Positions 28,944 through 36,902 of a stretch of DNA of 64,000 nucleotides are shown in pieces. The stretch covers positions 196-64,195 of the forward strand of contig CANRBL010000003.1 of assembly GCA_947628835.1 (NCBI GenBank). The letters are read 5' to 3'. The translations under genes and the position numbers were made by a program. Position 1 is the first letter of the stretch; every line of letters begins with the position of its first letter. The notes below the pieces were generated by a model. The model was not told the DNA's origin. It worked only from the letters and a program-made list of their open reading frames with translations, and made no database searches. This DNA is from an uncultured Clostridia bacterium. Its GTDB lineage: Bacteria; Bacillota; Clostridia; TANB77; CAG-508.

Positions 28944-29852
28944 ATGATTTTGTTAATTCATAAACAAGAAATACCAGAGTATATGTATCCAAAAAATGAC
29001 TTTATATTTAAACGTTTATTTGGATATGAGGGTAATGAAGATATTACAAAACATTTAGTTAGTAATATAATTGGAGAAAAAATAAAAACATTGGAATTTA
29101 AAAATCCATATTTATTAAGAGAAACAAAAGATGATAAAGAAGAAATTCTAGATATAAAAGCTTCTTTAAATAATAATATTCAGTGTGATATTGAAATACA
29201 AGTAGGAAATAAACATGATGTAGAAAAAAGAATATTAAATTCATGGGCAAAAATGTATAGACAATCAATAGGAAGAAACAAAAAATATAAAAATATGAAA
29301 AGAACGATAGTAATATTCATAACAATGTTTGACATTGATAATTTAAAGAATATAGAGCAATATAAAACTAAATGGCAGATACAAGAAGAAAAACTAAAAA
29401 TCAAATTGACGGACGTTTTTGAAATTGATATAATAGAGTTATCAAAAGCGAAAAGGCAATTAATGCAAGGTACATTTGAAGAACCAAAAGATATAAAAGA
29501 TTGGGTAACGTTTTTGATTAATCCAAAAGAACTGGAGGAATCTGAAATGGAAGAAATGAGTGAAGAAGTAAAAAAAGCATATGAATTATGGCAAAGTTTA
29601 AATTTAAATCAAGAAGAAAGGGAAAGAGCGGAAGAGAGATTTATGGAAATAGCATCTACTGAAGATGCAATAAAATATGAATGTAAATTAGCAAGAAAAA
29701 AAGCATTGAAAGAAGGTAGAAAAAAAGGCATAGAAGAAGGAAAAAATAAAAAACAAAAAGAAATTGCTAAAAAATTATTGAAGATAGGAATAGATATAGA
29801 TAAAATTATGGAAGCAACGGGATTAAATGAAGAAGAAATAAAAAAATTATAG
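28944..29852 (+). CDS. Rpn family recombination-promoting nuclease / putative transposase (PD-(D/E)XK)
   Basis: YPKNDFIFKRLFG...EILDIKASLNNNIQCDIEIQV...EKRILNSWAKMY matches the YhgA/Rpn (TIGR01784-type) pattern. The start is uncertain (GTG 28941, ATG 28944 or TTG 28950). Confidence 0.75.
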   Translation: MILLIHKQEIPEYMYPKNDFIFKRLFGYEGNEDITKHLVSNIIGEKIKTLEFKNPYLLRETKDDKEEILDIKASLNNNIQCDIEIQVGNKHDVEKRILNSWAKMYRQSIGRNKKYKNMKRTIVIFITMFDIDNLKNIEQYKTKWQIQEEKLKIKLTDVFEIDIIELSKAKRQLMQGTFEEPKDIKDWVTFLINPKELEESEMEEMSEEVKKAYELWQSLNLNQEERERAEERFMEIASTEDAIKYECKLARKKALKEGRKKGIEEGKNKKQKEIAKKLLKIGIDIDKIMEATGLNEEEIKKL

Positions 29853-29860
29853 TTTTTAGC

Positions 29861-30115
29861 GTTACAAGTTAATGGTTTTATATAAAAATAGTTTTAAAAC
29901 CATTGAAATATAAGAATTTGAATGGAATGACGAATGTGATTGGAAAAGCTTTAGAAATTCTACGCAATTTTATGGAAATAGTTCGCGTTGAGTGAAAGGG
30001 TGCCATAAAATAAGTTAGAATTTCTTAAGCTTTGTAATGAGCCAAGGAATGTAATGAAAATCTTATATTTCAATGCTTTTAGAAATTTATCCTTTTAAAA
30101 CCATTAGCTTGTAAC
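29861..30115 (+). mobile_element. MITE-like 255-bp palindromic interspersed element, copy 2
   Basis: TIRs GTTACAAGTTAATGGTTTTA / TAAAACCATTAGCTTGTAAC. Nested internal inverted repeats (ATTGAAATATAAGA/TCTTATATTTCAAT; AAAGCTTTAGAAATTCTA/TAGAATTTCTTAAGCTTT) predict one long hairpin. It starts 9 nt after the Rpn stop. Confidence 0.8.
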
Positions 30116-30143
30116 TTTTTTGCAAATACAAATTCAGATGTTA

Positions 30144-30172
30144 TTGAAAATATCAAAAAAATGTGGTAAAAT
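30144..30172 (+). promoter_or_regulatory. Strong sigma-A-type promoter with extended -10
   Basis: TTGAAA, 17 nt, (TGg)TAAAAT. Confidence 0.5.
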
Positions 30173-30179
30173 ATAAGTA

Positions 30180-30449
30180 TGCGTAGCGCTGAAGTATAGA
30201 AAGGAGGTGAGCGCGATGTATGTCACTGATGATATGTATCTGCAGTTTTATGCAGATACACATACAATAACACACATGGTGTGGGATAAAAAGCAGAAAT
30301 GCTTTTTATACTACATTGTTCCGCGGGAATAATCTGTGTTCAGATTATTCCCGGTAAGAGAGAGCAACTAATTGCTGGGTGGCAAAATTTCAAGCGCCCA
30401 CCTGAAACCAAGTGGTTTCAACAGCTAATTAGCTGTTCTTTCTTTTTTT
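30180..30449 (+). ncRNA. Candidate ~270-nt structured transcript containing a 38-codon ORF (30216..30332)
   Basis: Promoter upstream. AGGAGGTG SD plus ATG 30216. Hairpins at 30289-30306 (GAAA loop), 30324-30353 (13 bp) and 30403-30420. Terminator at 30420-30449. Hand-counted about 41% G+C. Its identity is unknown. Confidence 0.35.
30420..30449 (+). terminator. Rho-independent terminator
   Basis: AACAGCTAATTAGCTGTT palindrome followed by CTTTCTTTTTTT. Confidence 0.6.
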
Positions 30450-30464
30450 ATATAGAATAAAAAA

Positions 30465-30665
30465 TGTTACTATTCACAGCTAGAAAAACAAGTAACCATA
30501 TAATTTTTGTATTCCGTTCTCCAAGGCGTTAAAGTTTCGTTGGTTTCATATATGTAGAAACACACTAAACTATATTGCCAGCATTATATATGTAGGTCGA
30601 ACTCATTTAAAAATTATATGGTTACTTGTTTTGATTATAATTAATGTTAGCTGTGAATTGTAATA
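30465..30665. repeat. Long inverted repeat enclosing ~100 nt (structured RNA or MITE-like remnant)
   Basis: ATTCACAGCTA..AAAACAAGTAACCATATAATTTTT (30473-30508) pairs with AAAAATTATATGGTTACTTGTTTT..TAGCTGTGAAT (30609-30658). That is 24 perfect bp plus 11 bp across a bulge. Confidence 0.6.
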
Positions 30666-30772
30666 AAAAAATTAATAAAAAAGCTAATGAATAGTAGACA
30701 AATTAACAAAAAATTGATATACTTGTAATACGAAAGAAATCAAAACAAAAATTTAATTAAGGAGGTTTTTAT

Positions 30773-31213
30773 ATGGAAGAAAATAATATTAATGATGGAG
30801 ATATTTTAGAAGAAGTAACAACTGAAAATTCAGGAATAAAAATAGCAAATGAAGTAATAGCAATAATAGCAGGAGTAGCTGTATCAGAGGTACAGGGAGT
30901 TGCAAGTATGGCAGGAAGATTTGCAGGAGGAATAACAGAAGTATTAAGTGGAAAAAAGAATTTAGCCAAAGGAATAAAAGTAGAAGCAGGAGAAAAAGAA
31001 GCAAAAATAGATGTAAATATAATTGTAGAATATGGAACAAGAATACCAGATGTAGCATTTGAAATACAAAATAGAGTAAAAAAAGCAGTTGAAAATATGA
31101 CAGGGTTAAAAGTAGAAGAAGTAAATGTACATGTTCAAGGAGTAAATACAAGTACAAGTTTAGGACAAGAAGAAAGTAATGAAGAAGAAAAAGCAGAAGA
31201 AACAGAAGTATAA
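30773..31213 (+). CDS. asp23: Asp23/Gls24 family envelope stress protein
   Basis: IANEVIAIIAGVAVSEVQGVASM...AKGIKVE...VNIIVEYGTRIPDVAFEIQNRVKKAVENMTGLKVEEVNVHVQGV. SD AAGGAGG. Confidence 0.85.
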   Translation: MEENNINDGDILEEVTTENSGIKIANEVIAIIAGVAVSEVQGVASMAGRFAGGITEVLSGKKNLAKGIKVEAGEKEAKIDVNIIVEYGTRIPDVAFEIQNRVKKAVENMTGLKVEEVNVHVQGVNTSTSLGQEESNEEEKAEETEV

Positions 31214-31251
31214 TAATAAATAAAAAAACTGTAAGAAATGGAGAAGTAATT

Positions 31252-31806
31252 ATGAGAATTTTAGAAAAAATCGCATTAATAATATATTCATATATTATGC
31301 TAATATTAGCAGTTGTACTAAGTTTATTAATATTTGGTTGGTTAGACTTTAGCACTTGTTCAAATATTGTTCATAAATTTATAGTAGGAGAAACATCATC
31401 ACATATAATACTTGCAATAAATGTTATATTTATTTTATTATCAATAAAATGTATCTTTTTTGATACAACATCAAAAAAAGATATACAAGAAAGACAAGGT
31501 GTATTATTGGAAAATGACAATGGAAGACTTATGATTTCTCAAGACACAATTGAAAATTTAGTTAATTCTGTTGTTGCAAATTTTGGAAATGTAGAAAAAT
31601 TTACAACAGATGTTACATTAGATAAAGAAAAAAATGTTAATGTATCTGTCAATGTAGAAGTAAAACCAGATGTTATAATCAAAGAATTATCAACAAATTT
31701 ACAAGCTAAGATAAAAGACACTGTAAAATCAACCACAGATTTAGATGTAAAAACGGTAAATATAAGAATAAAAAATATCATCAATAAAGAAGAAACAAAC
31801 GCATAA
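31252..31806 (+). CDS. amaP: Alkaline shock response membrane anchor protein AmaP-like
   Basis: Two N-terminal TM helices followed by an Asp23-like soluble region. Position next to asp23 and the DUF2273 gene. Confidence 0.6.
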   Translation: MRILEKIALIIYSYIMLILAVVLSLLIFGWLDFSTCSNIVHKFIVGETSSHIILAINVIFILLSIKCIFFDTTSKKDIQERQGVLLENDNGRLMISQDTIENLVNSVVANFGNVEKFTTDVTLDKEKNVNVSVNVEVKPDVIIKELSTNLQAKIKDTVKSTTDLDVKTVNIRIKNIINKEETNA

Positions 31807-31837
31807 TAGCGTTATATCTTAGAAAGGGTGGTTATAA

Positions 31838-32041
31838 ATGGACGGATTTAAGGAATTTTTTAGTAATTACAAAGGAGCTATAATAGGAATAATAATTGCA
31901 ATAATAATATTATTAACACATCTATATAAGTTAATAATAGCAGTAATTCTAATATTTATAGGTGCATTTATAGGAAATTATATCCAACAAAATAAAAGTG
32001 ATGTAAAAGACAAATTAAAAAGTTTTATAGATAGATTATAG
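31838..32041 (+). CDS. DUF2273 small membrane protein
   Basis: 67 aa with two TM helices (GAIIGIIIAIIILL..., VILIFIGAFIGNYI). Conserved partner of asp23/amaP. Confidence 0.6.
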   Translation: MDGFKEFFSNYKGAIIGIIIAIIILLTHLYKLIIAVILIFIGAFIGNYIQQNKSDVKDKLKSFIDRL

Positions 32042-32102
32042 TAGTAGAAAGGAGAATGTTATCCATTGTAATATACATTATAATGGATAACATAAATATA
32101 AA

Positions 32103-32504
32103 ATGAACAGGTCAACAATAAGAGAACTAACATTTAAATTTATATATAGTATAGAAATGCAAAAATGCGAAGATATAGATGAGCAAATATCTTTATATAT
32201 TGAAGATAATGAAATACAATCACAGGAAGCTATAAAATATTTAAATGATGTTGTAAAGGGAATAAAAAATAATATAGAAGAAATAGAAAGCTTAATAAAG
32301 AAACATTTAAAAACAGGTTGGAATATTTCTAGAATTTCTAAAATTGACTTAAGTATATTAAAACTAGCTATATACGAAATAAAATATACAAATATACCAT
32401 ATAAAGTAGCAATTAATGAGGCAGTAGAACTTGCAAAAAATTATGGAGAGGACAGTTCAAAAAATTTTATAAATGGGATTTTAGCAAGTATCGTAAAGGA
32501 GTAG
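32103..32504 (+). CDS. nusB: Transcription antitermination factor NusB
   Basis: 133 aa. ...[21 protein letters not shown]...[18 protein letters not shown]...[12 protein letters not shown]. Confidence 0.85.
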   Translation: MNRSTIRELTFKFIYSIEMQKCEDIDEQISLYIEDNEIQSQEAIKYLNDVVKGIKNNIEEIESLIKKHLKTGWNISRISKIDLSILKLAIYEIKYTNIPYKVAINEAVELAKNYGEDSSKNFINGILASIVKE

Positions 32505-32510
32505 ATACAA

Positions 32511-33710
32511 ATGATGTATAATGCAATATCAGTTACAGAATTAAATAAATATATAAAAGATAAGTTCACTGAAGATGAGATGTTAAACAATATATTAGTA
32601 AAAGGTGAAATATCTAATTTTAAAAACCATTACACAGGACATCTATATTTTACATTAAAAGACGAAAATTGTTTAATAAAATGCGTAATGTTTAAAAGTT
32701 ATGCTGAAAGATTAAATTTTTCGCCTAAAGATGGAATGAAAGTAATGGTTTTTGGCAGTGTATCTGTTTTTGAAAGAGATGGTGTATATCAAATATATGC
32801 CAAAGCAATGCAAGAAGATGGAATGGGAAATCTGCATATAAAGTATGAAGAATTAAAAAGAAAATTAGAACAAGAAGGATTATTTGATAATCAATACAAA
32901 CAAGAAATACCGCAAATACCAAAAATAATAGGAGTATTAACATCACAAACAGGAGCTGTTATTAGAGATATTATAAATGTATCAACAAGAAGAAATCCAA
33001 ATGTCTATATACGCTTATTGCCAGTACCAGTTCAGGGAAGTGGAGCTGCAGAAAAAATAAGTGAAGGGCTACAATTAATGAATAAAAAAAATTTAGCAGA
33101 TGTAATAATATTAGCGCGAGGAGGGGGTTCTTTAGAAGATTTATGGCCATTTAATGAAGAAATTGTAGCAAGAGAGATTTTTAATTCTAAAATACCAATA
33201 ATATCAGCAGTAGGACATGAAACAGATTTTACTATAGCTGACTTTGTTGCTGATTTAAGAGCGCCAACTCCATCTGCTGCTGCAGAACTTGCAGTTCCTG
33301 ATATATATGAATTAAATCAAAAAATAGAAACATATGAAAATAGATTACGAATATCATTAAAAAAGAAAATAGAACTTATGAGATTACAATATGAAAAATG
33401 TATGAATAGTAGAGTATTTACAGCACCAATGCAAAAAATAGAAGATAATTATTTGAAGGTAGATTCATACATAAAGAAAATGGAACATAGTATAAAATCC
33501 AAAATAAATGATAAAAAGAATAATTATATAGAATTAGTATCAAAATTAGATGCACTAAGTCCATTAAAAACATTAACAAGAGGATATTGTATTGCAGAAA
33601 ATAATGGAGTAGTTATAAAAAGTGTAAAGCAAATTAGTAAAGATGATGAGATAGAATTAAAATTTAATGATGGAAAAGTAAATGCAAAAGTAAGGAAAAT
33701 TATAATATGA
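32511..33710 (+). CDS. xseA: Exodeoxyribonuclease VII large subunit
   Basis: SVTELNKYIKD...ISNFKNHYTGHLYFTLKD (OB fold), GVLTSQTGAVIRDI, ARGGGSLEDLWPFNEE, SAVGHETDFTIADFVADLRAPTPSAAAE. Confidence 0.9.
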   Translation: MMYNAISVTELNKYIKDKFTEDEMLNNILVKGEISNFKNHYTGHLYFTLKDENCLIKCVMFKSYAERLNFSPKDGMKVMVFGSVSVFERDGVYQIYAKAMQEDGMGNLHIKYEELKRKLEQEGLFDNQYKQEIPQIPKIIGVLTSQTGAVIRDIINVSTRRNPNVYIRLLPVPVQGSGAAEKISEGLQLMNKKNLADVIILARGGGSLEDLWPFNEEIVAREIFNSKIPIISAVGHETDFTIADFVADLRAPTPSAAAELAVPDIYELNQKIETYENRLRISLKKKIELMRLQYEKCMNSRVFTAPMQKIEDNYLKVDSYIKKMEHSIKSKINDKKNNYIELVSKLDALSPLKTLTRGYCIAENNGVVIKSVKQISKDDEIELKFNDGKVNAKVRKIII

Positions 33711-33721
33711 AAGTAATTAAA

Positions 33722-33838
33722 CTTTCATACCAATGTGTGCCTTGCGAGCGAAGCGAGAAAGAAATGAAATTTAGTTTGAAAGATATAGGTTTTCATTTCT
33801 ATGTGTGCTTTTAAATAAAGCAGGAAAGGAATGGAATT
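33722..33838 (+). repeat. Two tandem copies of interspersed repeat family B between xseA and the inserted gene
   Basis: 33722-33772 and 33790-33838 share (T)TTCAT..ATGTGTGC..AAGC.(A/G)GAAAG(A/G)AATG(A/G)AATT. The second copy ends in AGGAAAGGA-ATG, the start of ORF 33831. Confidence 0.65.
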
Positions 33839-34376
33839 AAAAATGAAAAAAATAATAATAGCATTAATTTGTATAATTTTAATAGGAGTAATTGCAATAG
33901 TAGTATATTATCAAAATGCTTCAAATACTACATATCAAGTAGGAAATATAAATTCTGGTGTTAACAAAATAGAAAATATAATAGATACAATTAATAAGAC
34001 AGAAAGTGAAATTCAAAATGCAGAAAAAATAGAAGCTATGGAAAAAGAAGATGATGAAGTTGTAGAAACAACAAATGAAGAAAATACAAATATAGAAAGT
34101 AATAATGAAACAGAAACAGATAATAATTCCACAACATCAAATAGTCAAACATATATAGGAGAAGAAGAAACATCAGTTGAAAATACCAGTATATCAAATG
34201 ATGAAAAAGCAATAAATTTAGTAAAAAAAGAATGGGGCGAAGATGATACAGTATATTATAATATTGCATATATAAATGGAAAAATATATAATATATCAGT
34301 AAATAGTAAGGATACAACAGGCGTATTAGCGTGGTATAGTGTAAATATAGAAACAGAAGAAGTTGTTGAAAATTAA
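33831..34376 (+). CDS. Hypothetical membrane-anchored/secreted protein inserted between xseA and xseB
   Basis: N-terminal hydrophobic helix KKIIIALICIILIGVIAIVVYY followed by an Asn/Glu/Thr-rich region. The start is ATG 33831 or 33843. Confidence 0.5.
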   Translation: MELKMKKIIIALICIILIGVIAIVVYYQNASNTTYQVGNINSGVNKIENIIDTINKTESEIQNAEKIEAMEKEDDEVVETTNEENTNIESNNETETDNNSTTSNSQTYIGEEETSVENTSISNDEKAINLVKKEWGEDDTVYYNIAYINGKIYNISVNSKDTTGVLAWYSVNIETEEVVEN

Positions 34377-34394
34377 GAAAGGAAAGATATATTT

Positions 34395-34613
34395 ATGGCA
34401 AAAGAAAATTTTGAAAATTCAATAAATATGTTAGAAGAAATTGTACAAGAATTAGAAAAAGGTAATTTAAGTTTAGATGATTCTGTAAAAAAATTTGAAG
34501 AAGGAATGAAAAGAGCAAAAGAATGCAATAAAATTTTAGAAAATGCTGAAAAGAAAATTACAATTTTATTAGAAAAAGATGGAGAAATTGAAGAAGAAGA
34601 TTTTAACTCATAA
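34395..34613 (+). CDS. xseB: Exodeoxyribonuclease VII small subunit
   Basis: 72 aa. FENSINMLEEIVQELEKGNLSLDDSVKKFEEGMKRAKECNKIL is typical XseB. Confidence 0.85.
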   Translation: MAKENFENSINMLEEIVQELEKGNLSLDDSVKKFEEGMKRAKECNKILENAEKKITILLEKDGEIEEEDFNS

Positions 34614-34697
34614 TAAAGTTTGTTAATAGATAGAAAGATAAATATAAAATGAATTTTGAAAATTATATGAAAGCATTAGAAAGGAATATGATTAAAA

Positions 34698-35138
34698 ATG
34701 AACAATTTTTTGCAATTTGTACAAAATAAATACATATATATTCCCCTGCTTGTGTGGTTTGGAATACAATGTTTTAAATTTTTTTGGGATTTAATAAAAG
34801 AAAAAAAAATAAATTTTAAAAGAATTTTAGGTGCAGGAGGAATGCCAAGTTCACATACAGCAGTTGTAATGACATTAACCACAATGGTAGGTAAGGAACA
34901 AGGAGTAGGTAGTTCAATATTTGCAATGTGTTTGATTTTTTCATTTGTTGTAATGTATGATGCAGCAGGAGTAAGGAGAGCAGCAGGTAAACAAGCTCAA
35001 TTATTAAATAAATTAATTGAAACACCAGGTCTAACATCAATGCAAGTATCGGAAAAATTAGTTGAAGTATTAGGTCATACACCATTACAAGTTTTTGTAG
35101 GTGCAATGATTGGTATTATAGTTGGCATTATAGTATAA
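34698..35138 (+). CDS. Divergent PAP2 family (DUF212, acid phosphatase/vanadium haloperoxidase-related) membrane protein
   Basis: GGMPSSHTAVVMTLTT...VMYDAAGVRRAAGKQAQLLN...LGHTPLQVFVGAMIG. Confidence 0.75.
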   Translation: MNNFLQFVQNKYIYIPLLVWFGIQCFKFFWDLIKEKKINFKRILGAGGMPSSHTAVVMTLTTMVGKEQGVGSSIFAMCLIFSFVVMYDAAGVRRAAGKQAQLLNKLIETPGLTSMQVSEKLVEVLGHTPLQVFVGAMIGIIVGIIV

Positions 35139-35173
35139 AAAATAAAAAATAGAAAGAGAGGAATGTAGAAAAA

Positions 35174-36835
35174 ATGACAGATATTGAAATTGCAAAAAAT
35201 ACAAAGTTAGAGCCAATTGTAAATATAGCAAAAAAAATAGGAATAGAAGAGGAAGAATTAGAAAATTATGGAATGTATAAAGCTAAAATTTCAGAAAATG
35301 CAATAAAGAAAATTGAGAATAAAAAAAATGGAAAATTAATTTTAGTAACAGCAATGAGTCCAACACCTTTAGGTGAAGGAAAAACAACTATTTCAATAGC
35401 AGTAGCAGATGGATTATCAAAAATAGGGAAAAAATCTATACTTGCTTTAAGAGAGCCATCTTTAGGTCCTGTATTTGGAATAAAAGGAGGTGCAACAGGA
35501 GGAGGAAAATCACAAGTTGCACCAATGGAAGAAATTAATTTACATTTTACAGGAGATATACATGCAATAACAAGTGCAAATAATTTATTATCAGCTTTAA
35601 TTGATAATCATATATATTTTGGAAATGAATTAGGATTTTCTAAGGTAGTATGGAAAAGATGTGTAGATTTAAATGACAGGCAATTAAGAGAGGTAAATAC
35701 AGGATTATCAGGAGAAAGTAAAATAGTGCCAAGACAAGATGGGTTTGATATAACTGTTGCATCAGAAATTATGGCAATATTATGCTTGTCAAAAGATATA
35801 AAAGATTTAAAAAATCGTTTAGGAAATATATTGATAGGATATAATAAGCAAAATTTACCAATATATGCTAAAGATTTAAAAGCAGAAGGAAGCTTAGCTG
35901 TTTTATTAAAAGATGCAATAAAACCTAATTTAGTACAAACACTAGAACATACTCCTTGTATAATTCATGGAGGACCATTTGCAAATATAGCACATGGTTG
36001 TAATAGTATAAGAGCAACTAAACTTGCTTTAAAGTTAGGAGAATATACTGTTACAGAAGCAGGATTTGGTTCAGATTTAGGTGCAGAGAAATTTTTAAAT
36101 ATAAAATGTAGACAAACAAATTTAAATCCAGATGTAGTTGTATGTGTAGCTACAATAAAAGCTATAAAATATCATGGAGGAGTAGAAAAAGAAAAAATAC
36201 TTGAAAAAAATATAGAGGCTATAAAAAATGGAATGCATAATTTATATAAACATATTGATAATTTAAAAAATAAATTCGGTTTAAATGTAATAGTTGCTTT
36301 AAATAAATATAGTACAGATACAGCTGAAGAAATTAACTATATAAAAGAAAAATTACAAGAAAAAGATGTAAAATTATGTATTGTAGAAGGCTGGGAAAAA
36401 GGCGGAGATGGAGCAACAGAAATAGCACAAGAAATAGTAAAATTAGCGGAGAAAGAAAATAATTTTAAATATACATATGATTTACAAGATAGCATACAAA
36501 GCAAAATTGTAAAAGTAGCCAAACAGATATATGGTGCAAAAAATGTTGAATTTTCTGAACAAGCATTAGATGAAATAAAAAGAATAGAAGAAATGGGATT
36601 CAAAAATTTACCAATATGTATTGCAAAAACCCAATATTCTTTTTCTGATAATCCTAAAAATTTAATGTGTAATGAAGATTTTAGTATTAATATAAGAAGA
36701 GTTAGTTTAAAATCTGGAGCAGGATTTATTGTTGCTTTAGCAGGAAAAATAATGACAATGCCAGGGTTGCCAAAAATACCTGCAGCAGAATCAATTGATA
36801 TTGATGATGAAGGAAATATAGAAGGAATTTTTTAG
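35174..36835 (+). CDS. fhs: Formate--tetrahydrofolate ligase
   Basis: 553 aa. SPTPLGEGKTTISIA, EPSLGPVFGIKGGATGGG, GGPFANIAHGCNS, KTQYSFSD. Confidence 0.95.
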   Translation: MTDIEIAKNTKLEPIVNIAKKIGIEEEELENYGMYKAKISENAIKKIENKKNGKLILVTAMSPTPLGEGKTTISIAVADGLSKIGKKSILALREPSLGPVFGIKGGATGGGKSQVAPMEEINLHFTGDIHAITSANNLLSALIDNHIYFGNELGFSKVVWKRCVDLNDRQLREVNTGLSGESKIVPRQDGFDITVASEIMAILCLSKDIKDLKNRLGNILIGYNKQNLPIYAKDLKAEGSLAVLLKDAIKPNLVQTLEHTPCIIHGGPFANIAHGCNSIRATKLALKLGEYTVTEAGFGSDLGAEKFLNIKCRQTNLNPDVVVCVATIKAIKYHGGVEKEKILEKNIEAIKNGMHNLYKHIDNLKNKFGLNVIVALNKYSTDTAEEINYIKEKLQEKDVKLCIVEGWEKGGDGATEIAQEIVKLAEKENNFKYTYDLQDSIQSKIVKVAKQIYGAKNVEFSEQALDEIKRIEEMGFKNLPICIAKTQYSFSDNPKNLMCNEDFSINIRRVSLKSGAGFIVALAGKIMTMPGLPKIPAAESIDIDDEGNIEGIF

Positions 36836-36902
36836 TATAAGGATAAAGAAAATGATTAAAAATTTATGTTATTAAAATTTCTAAAAATGGAGGGAAAAGT
36901 AA

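Noticed and set aside
30180-30772. Assignment of the ORF-free region upstream of asp23 to a known large or small RNA (OLE, 6S, SRP, tmRNA, RNase P, riboswitch)
   Set aside because: The asp23-nusB-xseAB neighbourhood recalls the OLE locus, but ispA, oapA and dxs are absent. I could not recognise any diagnostic conserved sequence of these RNAs by eye. The region is left as an unidentified candidate.
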